From Synechococcus sp. (GTDB lineage: Bacteria; Cyanobacteriota; Cyanobacteriia; Thermostichales; PCC-7336), in the NCBI GenBank assembly GCA_051439605.1, contig JBFRWN010000047.1, positions 1-64,000 on the forward strand: a DNA stretch of 64,000 nt, given 5' to 3'. The position numbers and the translations under genes were made by a program. The stretch's first letter is position 1. The number at the start of each line of letters is the position of its first letter. The notes below the pieces were generated by a model that worked only from the letters and a program-made list of their open reading frames with translations, did no database searches and was not told the DNA's origin. This document shows positions 40,530 to 50,748 of this stretch, one piece after another.

Positions 40530-40930
40530 GATTGCTCCCAACTACCAACTGAACAAACTTCGGTACGGACGCCACTCGCAAATGTGTGAAAAAGCGGTCC
40601 CTACATGACCAAACACCATCACCGGTCGATGGCGATGTGTAGGACGTAACAGGACTTGATTTTAAGCCTTATTGGTCAGACTCTTCCAGTGCTTGGATGC
40701 CTTGGAAATTCTGCCTGCATAGTTGGTGGCTTTCCAGTGGCTTAGCCAAGGCGTCCCTGCGCTCAAATGACACCTGTCTTGTGCGGTGCATGCTGTCAAT
40801 CTCGGTCAGTCTTGGGTCAGGATGAGTCGCAATCGATGGCGATACCGTCCCAAAACAACACTGCAGAAAATGACTGATGGGTTGTTAACCACAAGGGACT
40901 TGCCTAGAGGCAGATTGCCTTCGGGCAATA

Positions 40931-40962
40931 GATTGAACGCACTGAAGATTGAACGCACTGAA
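40931..40962. repeat. Perfect 16-bp tandem duplication
   Basis: GATTGAACGCACTGAA at 40931-40946 and 40947-40962. Confidence 0.85.
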
Positions 40963-41028
40963 AGATTTAGCTAAATAAAGCTCCACAGATGCGGGTCTGC
41001 CTGAACAGTAAGATGGTGGCCAGTAGGG

Positions 41029-41988
41029 TTGAGGACCGAGGAACCGCTGCTGATGAAGCCCTTTTCATTGACCAGAATCGAGCAACCGCAGTGGTTGGTC
41101 AAAGGCCTTGCGATCGCCTCAGCTGCGGTTGTCTTTCTAGTGGCATTGACCTTTCTCTTGATACTGAAATTGAGCCCGTTGGCCTTGCGCGATCGCCCTG
41201 CTGTCGCCTCTGACATTATCCGTCTTGCCCCAAGGGATACAGTACTTGCTGCCACACTTGACGCTCCATTACTGGACGTAGAGCGATTAAATCGATATCT
41301 CACTCCCTTTTCAGAGCGTGGCCCCTTGCATCGTCAGTGGCAGCAATGGATATCTGCAGAAGGAAAGGGGCCCCTATCGGAGTTCTTATCGGCTACTCAA
41401 TTGCGGTTTGACCGCGACTTTCGTCCTTGGTTGGGGCGCGAAAATTTACTGGCAGTTACTGCCACGAATGGGGAGCTGCCAGATTATTTTGTGGCGTTGT
41501 CCACTCAGGATCTTCAGCGCTCGAATTTTTTACTGAACGTGCTGTGGCAGCAGCAGTACCTCCAGCAGCAGGACCCTCAAGTGGAGGTTTACAAAGGGGT
41601 TCAACTGTTGTCAGTTCCGGTTGGCGATCGCGATTGGGCAGTCGGTGCTGTGGGTAACCGTTACGTTCTCTTGGCTACAGGATCGGATGTGGCTCGGGGA
41701 GCGATTGATAGTTGGCAGATGGAACGGCTTTCGCTGGCCAGCACGCCCATTTACCGAGATGCTGCTGCGGAGAGAAGCACTCGCCTGGGCCTTGTATACG
41801 TCAACTTGCCGGATGGACTTAGCAGGCCGCAAGTCCGGGGTGAAGACGCTTCAGCAGCTGAACACTTAGAGACTCTTTGGGATATCGACTGGAGTGTTTT
41901 GCAAACAGCCGACAACCAACCTACCTTGCTAAAAATAGGGGTTAGCGCTCGCCAATTGGACTTGATGCCCCTTCAGGCTCAGTCTTAG
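41029..41988 (+). CDS. DUF3352-like membrane-anchored protein
   Basis: N-terminal TM segment; FDRDFRPWLGRENLLAVT, YKGVQL, AVGNRYVLLA; shorter than typical members. Confidence 0.6.
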   Translation: MRTEEPLLMKPFSLTRIEQPQWLVKGLAIASAAVVFLVALTFLLILKLSPLALRDRPAVASDIIRLAPRDTVLAATLDAPLLDVERLNRYLTPFSERGPLHRQWQQWISAEGKGPLSEFLSATQLRFDRDFRPWLGRENLLAVTATNGELPDYFVALSTQDLQRSNFLLNVLWQQQYLQQQDPQVEVYKGVQLLSVPVGDRDWAVGAVGNRYVLLATGSDVARGAIDSWQMERLSLASTPIYRDAAAERSTRLGLVYVNLPDGLSRPQVRGEDASAAEHLETLWDIDWSVLQTADNQPTLLKIGVSARQLDLMPLQAQS

Positions 41989-42060
41989 TCCCTGTCCCCA
42001 CAGCAACACTGGCCTGCTCCCTATCGATGTCGGCAAGTAGTGGGTTTCTGCCGTTCAAAG

Positions 42061-45000
42061 CTAGCTAGCGCAATCGAAAGCTGTGACTGGTGGGAACGAG
42101 TCAGCTGGATGTGAAATGCCCAGTTCGACAAACCCCTGCTGGGCAGCCTCTTGATGGGAGTTGGAGGGTTGCTGGGACGTCAAAGGGCTCAAGTGCCAAT
42201 GGGCAAGGGCGACTTCGTAGGGCATCTGCAAGCGGTTCGCTGTACGCAGACATCGCCGCCAGAACTCTTTAGCTCGGTTGGGACGATGGGCAATGGCATT
42301 CCAACAGCCACGATGCAGCAGTGTACGGGGTTGACTAATGGGGAAGGCGGTGGCGTACCGAGCTTGCGCTAAGCAGGCGTTCAAAGCATCATCCCTCAGC
42401 TGAGGATCGGTTGGGGCCTGCGCCCATAGCGTCAAAAATACTGCTGTAATGCTGGCGTAGCTTTCCACTAAATACAACACCACAGCCCCCAATCCATCCA
42501 CAGAGCGTAATGCATCCAGAGCCAGTTGTCTGGCGGCTGCGATTTGCCCCTGACGGAGCCGGATTTGGGCCAACAGCGCTTGCAGGCGAAATTGCTCGCA
42601 GGCTAGGTCTCGATACTCGGTGTCCATCTCCATCGCCCGTTTTAGGAAAGGAACGGCGGAATGCCAATTTCCCCGGATCAGATGAGTTTCAGCCTGCCCT
42701 AACAGACCCCATAACTGCATCTGTAAGTTGTCGCATTGCAGCCCCAGTTGATGGGTTCTTTGCCAATGGAGAATGGCTGTTGCGTAGTGTCCTTGCCAAT
42801 GTTCAATCGCTGCCAGACTGGCTTGGGCCTCCCCCTCTCGATGGCGATCGCGGAGGTTGGCGAAGCTGTCACTGGCTTGTAAAGACAACTGCTTGGCGGT
42901 TCCCCAATTCCCAACAGAGCTGTAATAGGCCCCTAACACTAAATTCACCCAGCTGCCTGCAGTGGGGTCGGGGGTGGCGCTCAGTGTGTCGAGGGCCAAG
43001 CGAGCGTAACGGCGAGATAAGCTGTGGACGTTGTTGATGCCAGTCGCAAAACACATGTTGGCGTAGATGCGAGCCAATTCGGGGGAAGGGCCTGCCAGCT
43101 CGGCTAAGTTGAGGCCGTGGAGAGTGGCGTAGGTGGCGAGCGATCGCTGGTTGCTGTAGTAATACACTTCTCCCAGATGGGAACAGGCAAGACTCATCTC
43201 TTTGAGACTTTGCACAGTGTGTCCTGACCTTAGGAAACGGAACCTTGACGTTCTGCGCTGCGGTTGCAGTCCGCTGCGGCGCAGGACTTGTATGAGGAGT
43301 TCCTGGAAAGATAGCAGAGCCACACTCCAAGGGGCTCGGGGAAAGTTCCGCCCCAGGATGGAGATACAGGTTTGCAGAGCGGTGCAACTGGCATTTAAAT
43401 TTCCCAAGCCAACGTAGGCATCCCCCAGCTGACGGTGCCACCGAGCCCGGTGGAGAGAGATCGATCCGATCGCGAGATCTGTCCCTGCATTCCCATCGCG
43501 AGAGCTAAGACTGCTCAGGGGGTGTTGATGCTCGATCGCGATCGCTTGCTCCAAAAACTCCACCGCTTCGGCATTGGCCCCGTTGCGTAGCGCTTGCTCC
43601 CCCGCTTGGCCTAAATATTGGATTGCTTTTGCCCAATTCTCGGCCCTTACCCAGTGGTAAGCCAAAACGGAGGGGTCCCCCTCAGCCGCCCTAGAATTAG
43701 TTTCGAACCACACAGCTGTTGCTCGATGGAGGGCCCGCCGCTGCGAAAACACCATCAAGCTGTAGGCCACCTCTTGGGTGATGACATGTCGAAATTGATA
43801 GCTTAAATCGGGTGCTGGTTGCACGAGGGTGGTGAGTTGCTGAGCAGAAAGGTCTTCTAAGCTTTGGCTCATGGAGCTATGGGTGAGCTGAACGGGATAG
43901 ATATCCTGCAACAGGTCCACGAGAAAAACACGTCCTATGGCACTGGCGGTTTTAAGCACCAACTGTGGGGTAGGTTCTAGGAGATCGAGACGACTGACAA
44001 TAGCTCCCCGAACGGTATTGGGGAGATCTAGTTGGGACCGCTTGTGGTGGTTTAAGGCCAAGTCGCAAACAGGCCCGCGACGAACGAGCGCTCCCGTCAC
44101 CTCCATTGACAGAGCCAGTTGCTCGCTGAATAACGGCTGCCCTTGGGATTTGTTGAAGATGGTGTGGAGCAGCCGATCGGAAATGGTGTCGCTTTTTAGG
44201 CAACTGCACAAAAGTTGCTGGGTCTCCTGTAAGGACAGAGTATCAAGTCTCAGATACAGGCTACTGGGAGCACTACACAGGGAACTGTAGCTTTTGGGGA
44301 GAGAGGCGATGGGACGAGTGGCGATCGCCAGAAGGAGGGAGGGTAACCGTTGCGTTATGGATGCTGCCAGCTGCCAAGAGGCTGAGTCCATCCAGTGGGC
44401 ATCGTCCAACAAAATCGTGGTGAGCTTATTCGTCAGTCGATCGTTCAAAAGACCGATCAGTAATGCCCTTGTGTTGTCCGCCCGCACCTGCCCTTGCATA
44501 GTGCTGGTGACAGAATTGTCTGGTAAATCCAGTTCCAGAATGGGAGTCAATAGCGGTAGTAGTGGTTGCCAGTCTTCGCGTTGGCTGGTTTGTTGCAGTA
44601 AGTGTTGCTGTTTCTCCTGGGGCGATCGTCCCTCTAACTCCAACAGATGGCTGATGGGGGCTCTCCAGGCTCGATACGGCACTTGCCGTTCAATGCTGTC
44701 CCCGCCCCCTCTCAAAGTCTGAATGCCGCAGGATCTGGCCCGATCGTGCAGTTTTTGCAAGAGCTGCGATTTACCAATGCCCGCTTCCCCCTCCAACAGG
44801 AGAACTCCCCCTTGTCTCTGACCGATCAGGGCTTGGACTGCTGCCTCAATTTGAGCCTGTTCGGTGACCCTGCCCGCAATGGATAGATGGGTGGGGGGCC
44901 GATAGCTCGATTGGGTTTCTGTGCGATTGCTAGGGCTGTACACCGGTTGTGGTTCTTCCCAACCCTTGATTAAGATCCGATCGTGCGTCTGGAACTGAAA

Positions 45001-46383
45001 GAGTGGGGCGGTGGCTTGGTAGGTGCGGCGATCGCACAGGATATAGTCGTTCGCACGATAGTGGATGGCTGCCTGCATCAGACGGGCGGCTAGGTTGATG
45101 GCCCCGCCAATGGTGGTGTATTCCTGCCGCTGGTGGTTGCCAACGGACCCGCAAAACGCTCGCCCCGTAGCCACACCAATTGCCCATTGTTGGCCCGCGC
45201 TCTGCAACAGTTGACGAATTCCCAGCGCTGTCTGCACCCCCCGCTCAGCATCGTTATCGTGGGCCATCAGGGGCAAACCAAACGCAATGAAGGCTGACGT
45301 TCCTTTGTCATCAGTGCTAAAGGCAAGAATCCCTTCGTAGCGTTTGGCCGTTCTTTGTAATCCCACTGCGATCTCCTGCAGGTGCGGCAAGAGTTGTTGC
45401 CTGCCCCAGTTGGGTAAGTGAACGAAAACGGCTGTCACTTGACGGAATTCTGCCAACCAGTTGCTTTGTCCTGCCTCTAATCGCGATAGCACGGTACTGT
45501 GCACGAACGATTTCAGGGCCGCTAACCCAGCAGAATTGTCTGCTGGGGGAAGTATCGTCTGTGTACTTGCGAAGTGGGTCGCACTGCTTTGAATTTCCGC
45601 AGGATTGCGGGGCCGATCGCTGCTGGTAGAGTTCGACGAACTGATGCTAGATCGTCCTTTTGGGTTGGCTTGGGGGAGTGTGCGTGAAGGATTTGAGGGC
45701 AAGGCCAGCAAAGACTGCAGCAGGAAATGGTTCTTCTGTAGCAGATGGCCGTGACTGTAGCGGCCGATTATTGCATGTGCTTCGGCAGATAACACCACTT
45801 GGGTGGGGGCAGCTTGCTTAACCGTTTGTTGCAAGCGTTGAAGGGTAGTCCCTGCCATCACGCAGTGCCAGCGATCGCCAACGCCTCCAACCTGCATCCA
45901 GTTGACTTCGCCCACATCGATGCCAATGCGGAGGGAGATTTGCGGACTGTAGCCAAAGTCAGTCTGCTGAAGCTGGGTTGCTACGCGGGACTGAATGTCG
46001 AGAGCTACCGCTGCTGCACGATAGACGGAGGCGAGCGGTGTCGATGCGTTGCTCTCTTTGACAGCAGCTTGAACTGCAACATCTAATGGCCAGACCGCAA
46101 CCAATGCGTCTCCCGCAAATTTCACCACGTCACCGCCGCGATCGATGACTGTAGCGATCGCCAGGTCGAACGTACTGTTGAGTAATTGAGTCAGGGTCTC
46201 AACCCCCTGCGGTCCTGTTTGGCTATAGTGCTCCGTTAAAGCGGTAAATCCTGAAATATCGGCTAGTAACGTGACGCCATTGAAACATTGCTGAGATGCA
46301 ACCAGCGGTTGTGGCTGTTGTGCGAGATGGCGCAGCAGCAGCTGAGGTACGTAGGTAGAGAGGGTGTGCGGTGCGATCGACAT
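42061..46383 (-). CDS. Soluble-adenylyl-cyclase-like protein: two class III nucleotide cyclase domains, STAND/AAA NTPase and TPR-like repeats
   Basis: C1: LADISGFTALTE, VKFAGDA; C2: EFRQVTAVF, DDKG, EYTTIGGAINLAARLM; Walker A GEAGIGKS, Walker B LLDDAHWMD, GQPLFSEQL; helical C-terminus. ATG 46383 or GTG 46422. Confidence 0.88.
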   Translation of the reverse strand: MSIAPHTLSTYVPQLLLRHLAQQPQPLVASQQCFNGVTLLADISGFTALTEHYSQTGPQGVETLTQLLNSTFDLAIATVIDRGGDVVKFAGDALVAVWPLDVAVQAAVKESNASTPLASVYRAAAVALDIQSRVATQLQQTDFGYSPQISLRIGIDVGEVNWMQVGGVGDRWHCVMAGTTLQRLQQTVKQAAPTQVVLSAEAHAIIGRYSHGHLLQKNHFLLQSLLALPSNPSRTLPQANPKGRSSISSSNSTSSDRPRNPAEIQSSATHFASTQTILPPADNSAGLAALKSFVHSTVLSRLEAGQSNWLAEFRQVTAVFVHLPNWGRQQLLPHLQEIAVGLQRTAKRYEGILAFSTDDKGTSAFIAFGLPLMAHDNDAERGVQTALGIRQLLQSAGQQWAIGVATGRAFCGSVGNHQRQEYTTIGGAINLAARLMQAAIHYRANDYILCDRRTYQATAPLFQFQTHDRILIKGWEEPQPVYSPSNRTETQSSYRPPTHLSIAGRVTEQAQIEAAVQALIGQRQGGVLLLEGEAGIGKSQLLQKLHDRARSCGIQTLRGGGDSIERQVPYRAWRAPISHLLELEGRSPQEKQQHLLQQTSQREDWQPLLPLLTPILELDLPDNSVTSTMQGQVRADNTRALLIGLLNDRLTNKLTTILLDDAHWMDSASWQLAASITQRLPSLLLAIATRPIASLPKSYSSLCSAPSSLYLRLDTLSLQETQQLLCSCLKSDTISDRLLHTIFNKSQGQPLFSEQLALSMEVTGALVRRGPVCDLALNHHKRSQLDLPNTVRGAIVSRLDLLEPTPQLVLKTASAIGRVFLVDLLQDIYPVQLTHSSMSQSLEDLSAQQLTTLVQPAPDLSYQFRHVITQEVAYSLMVFSQRRALHRATAVWFETNSRAAEGDPSVLAYHWVRAENWAKAIQYLGQAGEQALRNGANAEAVEFLEQAIAIEHQHPLSSLSSRDGNAGTDLAIGSISLHRARWHRQLGDAYVGLGNLNASCTALQTCISILGRNFPRAPWSVALLSFQELLIQVLRRSGLQPQRRTSRFRFLRSGHTVQSLKEMSLACSHLGEVYYYSNQRSLATYATLHGLNLAELAGPSPELARIYANMCFATGINNVHSLSRRYARLALDTLSATPDPTAGSWVNLVLGAYYSSVGNWGTAKQLSLQASDSFANLRDRHREGEAQASLAAIEHWQGHYATAILHWQRTHQLGLQCDNLQMQLWGLLGQAETHLIRGNWHSAVPFLKRAMEMDTEYRDLACEQFRLQALLAQIRLRQGQIAAARQLALDALRSVDGLGAVVLYLVESYASITAVFLTLWAQAPTDPQLRDDALNACLAQARYATAFPISQPRTLLHRGCWNAIAHRPNRAKEFWRRCLRTANRLQMPYEVALAHWHLSPLTSQQPSNSHQEAAQQGFVELGISHPADSFPPVTAFDCAS

Positions 46384-46574
46384 TGCGGTGGAACAGCCTG
46401 GATTCCAATCCCTGTATGACACTGTATTCCACCCCGGTTAAGAATTGAGAACGGCCATTTGAGAGATCTGCGATTGGTAACGAGTCGCAGTACAGTGACG
46501 AATAACGTTTCCAGCTAATGCTCAGGGAGGAGTACGAACTCGCATTCCGAATACGATTCATCAGGAGTATAGAG

Positions 46575-46847
46575 ATGAGCGAAAGGCTTCTTTGCCCGAT
46601 CTGTAACGTCACAATTGATGGCGATCTCGTGCAGTTTTCCCACGGAGGAGCAGGGACAAAGAGTCGTCTTTGGGCTAGAGTTTGCCGTCACGCCACTAAA
46701 GAGGGATGCATAAATGATTTTGGAAAGGGCGACGCGCAGTTTAGTGAGAATGACGATTTTGGCAAGGTAGAAACCCATGAGGAAGAGGTGCTGGAGATGA
46801 TGAAGCAGTGGTTCAAATTTGAGGATGAAGACCCCATCCAGTCTTAA
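46575..46847 (+). CDS. Small Cys-containing hypothetical protein
   Basis: AGGAG SD; CPIC...RLWARVC...GCIN; acidic tail. Confidence 0.7.
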   Translation: MSERLLCPICNVTIDGDLVQFSHGGAGTKSRLWARVCRHATKEGCINDFGKGDAQFSENDDFGKVETHEEEVLEMMKQWFKFEDEDPIQS

Positions 46848-46849
46848 CG

Positions 46850-47332
46850 CTAGACTCTCTCAAGCATGGCTTCCAGGGTGCTGACGAGTTTCAGACCTGA
46901 CATCACGCCACTAGACAAGCAATAACGGTTTTTATCGGCCCGAAAGAAGCTTTCGTACCCCTGCCGTTTTTGGCTGTCCCCTAACACCCAGTAGCGGTGT
47001 ACGAGGGTTGCTGGAGTCATCCAACCCTTCCCCTCCACGCGACCTAAATCCCCGTGCTGGAGCACAAACGAGTAATCAGAGGCCCCTTCGACAACACACC
47101 CACGATACTCCAACAGCAGCGGGGCTCGATCGGTCTCTTCGGTAGAAAAAACCATCCGTAAAATGGCATGAAACCACCGAGAGTTATCCCATTTCACCAA
47201 GCCTTGCCCGCTAAAAGATAGGGGGGATTCCCCTTCAACAATAAGATGGCCTTTCAAGAGCCAGCGCCCAGGTTCGATCAAAAACGAATGGTTCACGATG
47301 ATGACAGGCTCCTGGGAATCATTTGCGGTCAA
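46850..47332 (-). CDS. Hypothetical beta-rich protein (conserved cyanobacterial type)
   Basis: HSFLIEPGRWLLKG...FVLQHGDLGRVEGKGW...YWVLGD. Confidence 0.65.
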   Translation of the reverse strand: MTANDSQEPVIIVNHSFLIEPGRWLLKGHLIVEGESPLSFSGQGLVKWDNSRWFHAILRMVFSTEETDRAPLLLEYRGCVVEGASDYSFVLQHGDLGRVEGKGWMTPATLVHRYWVLGDSQKRQGYESFFRADKNRYCLSSGVMSGLKLVSTLEAMLERV

Positions 47333-47595
47333 TCGGAATTCAAACAGTTAGGGGTCTGTAATTGACTTGCGCCGCGAGATTTCGGGCGGCAGGCTGACTG
47401 TATTTGCCAACCAACAGTAGTGTGCTAGCAAACCGCTAGCTAGTTGAGTATTCCCTGCATGCTCTGCTACTCCTACTAAAGTTTGACAATCCCCAAAATA
47501 TCCGCCTAAGGGAAATGGCGCCGTCCGATCGAGACAGTGCGATCGCTTCTTCGATGTCCGCTTAGGATAAAGATGAAGAAACGTAACATCTACTG

Positions 47596-48252
47596 ATGCT
47601 GCTAGCCGATCCAGACCGCTCTAAACTCGACCCTTCAGATGACGCTCTGTTCTACGACTATCCCCGTTTTGTCACCCACGTTGACGATCAATTTATTCAG
47701 CAGTTAGCGGAACTGTATAGCCTAAAACTCAAACCCGGCAGTCGCATTCTCGATTTGATGAGCAGTTGGGTGTCTCACCTACCTAAAGATATGCAGTTTG
47801 AGGAGGTAGTAGGCCATGGCATGAACGAAGAAGAGCTGGCTCGGAACCCTCGCCTCGATCGCTACTTCCTGCAAAATCTCAACCAGCATCAACTGCTGCC
47901 CCTTCCCGACGGATATTTTGACGCCGTGCTCAATACGGTTTCCGTTCAATACTTGCAATATCCCGAAGCAGTGTTTGCTGAGATATGGCGGGTGCTCAAG
48001 CCGGGGGGAATTGCGATTGTTAGTTTCTCTAATCGCATGTTTTACCAAAAAGCAATTCAAGCATGGCGAGACGGCAACGATGCTAGGCACGTGAAACTTG
48101 TCAAAAGCTACTTTTCAGCAATTCCTGGCTTTACCGAGATCGTTGCAGTAGGCCGTCCTCAGTTTGGCTCCAAGACATTTGACTGGATGCAGCTGTTGGC
48201 CCCCTCCTCCGATCCGTTCTATGCCGTGATGGCTTGCCGCGCTGCTGTATAG
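47596..48252 (+). CDS. Class I SAM-dependent methyltransferase (type 11-like)
   Basis: FYDYPRFVTHVD, ILDLMSSWVSHLP, VSVQYL, RVLKPGG, FSNRMF. Confidence 0.9.
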   Translation: MLLADPDRSKLDPSDDALFYDYPRFVTHVDDQFIQQLAELYSLKLKPGSRILDLMSSWVSHLPKDMQFEEVVGHGMNEEELARNPRLDRYFLQNLNQHQLLPLPDGYFDAVLNTVSVQYLQYPEAVFAEIWRVLKPGGIAIVSFSNRMFYQKAIQAWRDGNDARHVKLVKSYFSAIPGFTEIVAVGRPQFGSKTFDWMQLLAPSSDPFYAVMACRAAV

Positions 48253-48412
48253 GCAACTCCAGTTAGCTTCTTCAGTATGATGCCTCGAGTCTGGCATCCA
48301 TCCTGGAGCATTTTCAGGATCTCGGAGGAATTGGGGAGACATCGAGTGGGCGATCGCTCTAGGGGATAAAGCCACCGTAAGATGATTAGCGATCCCTAGA
48401 CTTGATGCCTGC

Positions 48413-49153
48413 ATGTCTTCTTCCTCCGATCGCGCTAGTGAGAACCCAACCGATTTGCCTGAATTACCCGACGATTTTGCTGGGGCACTGGCTCAAGCCT
48501 TGCAGGCAGCGCAGGCGGCACTGGCGGCTGGCTACAAACGATTGCAAGTGGAAATTTTGGCCCCCGATCTCAAGCCTGATGCCTTGGCCTATCCTTTTCA
48601 CCAGCTGTTCGAACCACCGTTTGGATTTGCCTTCGCAGATGCAGGGGCAGCAGCTCTGGCTCAATATCGCTGGGAACAGCCTGATTGGACAATCTGCAGT
48701 ATTAGTGAGGCCCAACGCCTTGAACCGACTTTACCGTTAATTTTTCCGATGCCGACGTTGGTGGAGATTGAAGCGGTAGAACGCCTGTGCAATCTGCGCA
48801 ACAGCAATGTGAGTTCCGATAAATCCAAGGATATCCCCACCCTGGCCATCAACCCTCAGTTGCAAGATACCGGCACTGCAGGAGTTGGCCTGTCTGGTCG
48901 TCGATTACGAGAACGGTTTATTTCTACTCTCGAGCCCTGCTATTTCCTACAATCCTTGGGAAACGGCGCGCTATTTCGCATGTTTCCTCACCCGTGGACC
49001 GTGTGGGAGCTATCAGAAGACGGGCAATATCAGCTAATTGAGACTCTGGAGTCGAAGCCTTCTGGCGAGCAATTGGCCCAAATTTTTGCGGGTGATGAAA
49101 CCGAGACATTTCTAGGCGGTTTAAAACGATTTATTCAAGCATTGCAGAATTAG
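48413..49153 (+). CDS. DUF1995 family protein
   Basis: ALAAGYKRLQVEI, FADAGAAALAQYRW, NPQLQD...VGLSGRRLRERF, GALFRMFPHPW. Confidence 0.82.
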   Translation: MSSSSDRASENPTDLPELPDDFAGALAQALQAAQAALAAGYKRLQVEILAPDLKPDALAYPFHQLFEPPFGFAFADAGAAALAQYRWEQPDWTICSISEAQRLEPTLPLIFPMPTLVEIEAVERLCNLRNSNVSSDKSKDIPTLAINPQLQDTGTAGVGLSGRRLRERFISTLEPCYFLQSLGNGALFRMFPHPWTVWELSEDGQYQLIETLESKPSGEQLAQIFAGDETETFLGGLKRFIQALQN

Positions 49154-49490
49154 TGAAAGCTATTACGTCCAAAACCGTTGCCTAGATTGAATTTTTCTAC
49201 TTGGGTAATATCGCTATTCTGCGGTGACAAAAACTGAGTCTTTGGTTGATAGGCTCGAATATACATTTGACTCCTTATTGCTTGTCCATAGATGACTGAT
49301 ACAATTTACATGTGTGGATTTCTCAGCTAGGATTCCTTCCACCTCTTTGTCTAGACCATTTGACCTAGATTGTTGCAACTATGTCCGTGTAATTGCAGTG
49401 CTATGTCCAGTCAAGAAAGAGACTAATTATTGACTAAGACCGAACAATGCTGAGACCAAATTTTGAACTGATTTCCAGAAGGTGTGAGTT

Positions 49491-49838
49491 ATGCGCGTTC
49501 TTGCAGCACTAGCCCTAGGTAGCCTTGGGGCACTCGCGACAGCCAATATCGGGGCTGCGCAGATTCCTTTACACGATCAATATGATGATATTGCCTTCGG
49601 GCGTCTTGAACGGGTCCATCCTTTGATTTGGCCGGATATCGTCGTTAGTCGTCAGTACAAGCAATTTGAACAATTTAACCGCGACGTTTATAGCGAGCTG
49701 ATTTACGATGCACCCCTCACTCGCACGGTTGATTTGGCCGACCCTTACACCTCAACGGTGGCCAACCAGTCTGGCTTCTATCGCGTCACGCTAACAGAGC
49801 CACCTTTAGAACTCTTGGAGACCGAGATACAAGAATAG
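49491..49838 (+). CDS. Hypothetical secreted protein
   Basis: Signal peptide MRVLAALALG...GAA-Q; RTVDLADPYTST near the C-terminus. Confidence 0.6.
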   Translation: MRVLAALALGSLGALATANIGAAQIPLHDQYDDIAFGRLERVHPLIWPDIVVSRQYKQFEQFNRDVYSELIYDAPLTRTVDLADPYTSTVANQSGFYRVTLTEPPLELLETEIQE

Positions 49839-49875
49839 GCGCTCCCTTGCGGGATAGGTTGTGTTTCCATTAATC

Positions 49876-49907
49876 ACAAACCGCTCTTATCAATGAGAGC
49901 GGTTTGT
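49876..49907 (+). terminator. Intrinsic terminator-like hairpin
   Basis: Perfect 12-bp stem ACAAACCGCTCT / AGAGCGGTTTGT with an 8-nt loop, 37 nt after the upstream stop. Confidence 0.7.
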
Positions 49908-50256
49908 TCTGCTGTTGCGGTTATACAGCGATTGTCAACTCTCATAAACTATTTCAGACATCTAGAATCCTGAGTAGGCATAGAGGTTTGTGCCCCAAAT
50001 ACCCAAATTGAACTAGCGAAAGCTTCAGTGTTTGAAAAAGCTCTTTGTCAGCACTTGCATCTTGCCTAAGAACCCTCATGAATGAAATTTTCCTTGCTGG
50101 GTCATAAAATTTTGCGTTGTGGTTTTGAAAACATGCGGACTTCGGAATAGAGGTCCTGTGGTTACCAGAAAATTGAATGGCCAACTCCAGCACACTCAAT
50201 CGCCATCTGAGGGGAGTTGAATCGATAAAATAAATACATCTATAGTTTCGATCGCC

Positions 50257-50535
50257 ATGTCAGCAATCACCACCGATATCATCGTTCAAAAAATTGAATC
50301 CCAGCTTAATGCAGAGGTGCCTGCGATCGAAGATGAAAGCCATCTGCACGCCGGTCATATCGGTGCTCGGGAAGGCAGCCATTTTCGCTTGGTGGTAGTA
50401 TCGCCTGACTTTGTTGGACTGACGATGGTGAAACAGCATCGGTTGATTTATTCAGCCCTTGCAGAAGAAATGCAGTCGGGCATTCATGCGCTGGCCCTGC
50501 AAACCTTTACCCCCGAACAATGGGCTGCTCGTTAG
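50257..50535 (+). CDS. bolA: BolA family protein
   Basis: EDESHLHAGH, HFRLVVVS..F.G...VKQHRLIY, IHALAL. Confidence 0.93.
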   Translation: MSAITTDIIVQKIESQLNAEVPAIEDESHLHAGHIGAREGSHFRLVVVSPDFVGLTMVKQHRLIYSALAEEMQSGIHALALQTFTPEQWAAR

Positions 50536-50748
50536 TCCCCTCAGCAAATGCAGGTGTGGCAGAAAAGTTCAGATTACATGATTTGGGAATGCAGGGCTCT
50601 CTGGGCTTGAAGCCCATCGGTTGAGATCGTCAGTACCGCCATTCTCAGATTGGACAGCTATACCTTTGCATTAAGTGCGAAATGCTTAGGTGGGCGAGTT
50701 GTTGACTGCTGAGCATTACAACTTTGTCTCATAGGTAAGGATGTCGTT

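Noticed and set aside
49954..50199. 81-aa minus-strand ORF in an AT-richer spacer
   Set aside because: TTG start, no SD, no motif; probably non-coding DNA upstream of bolA
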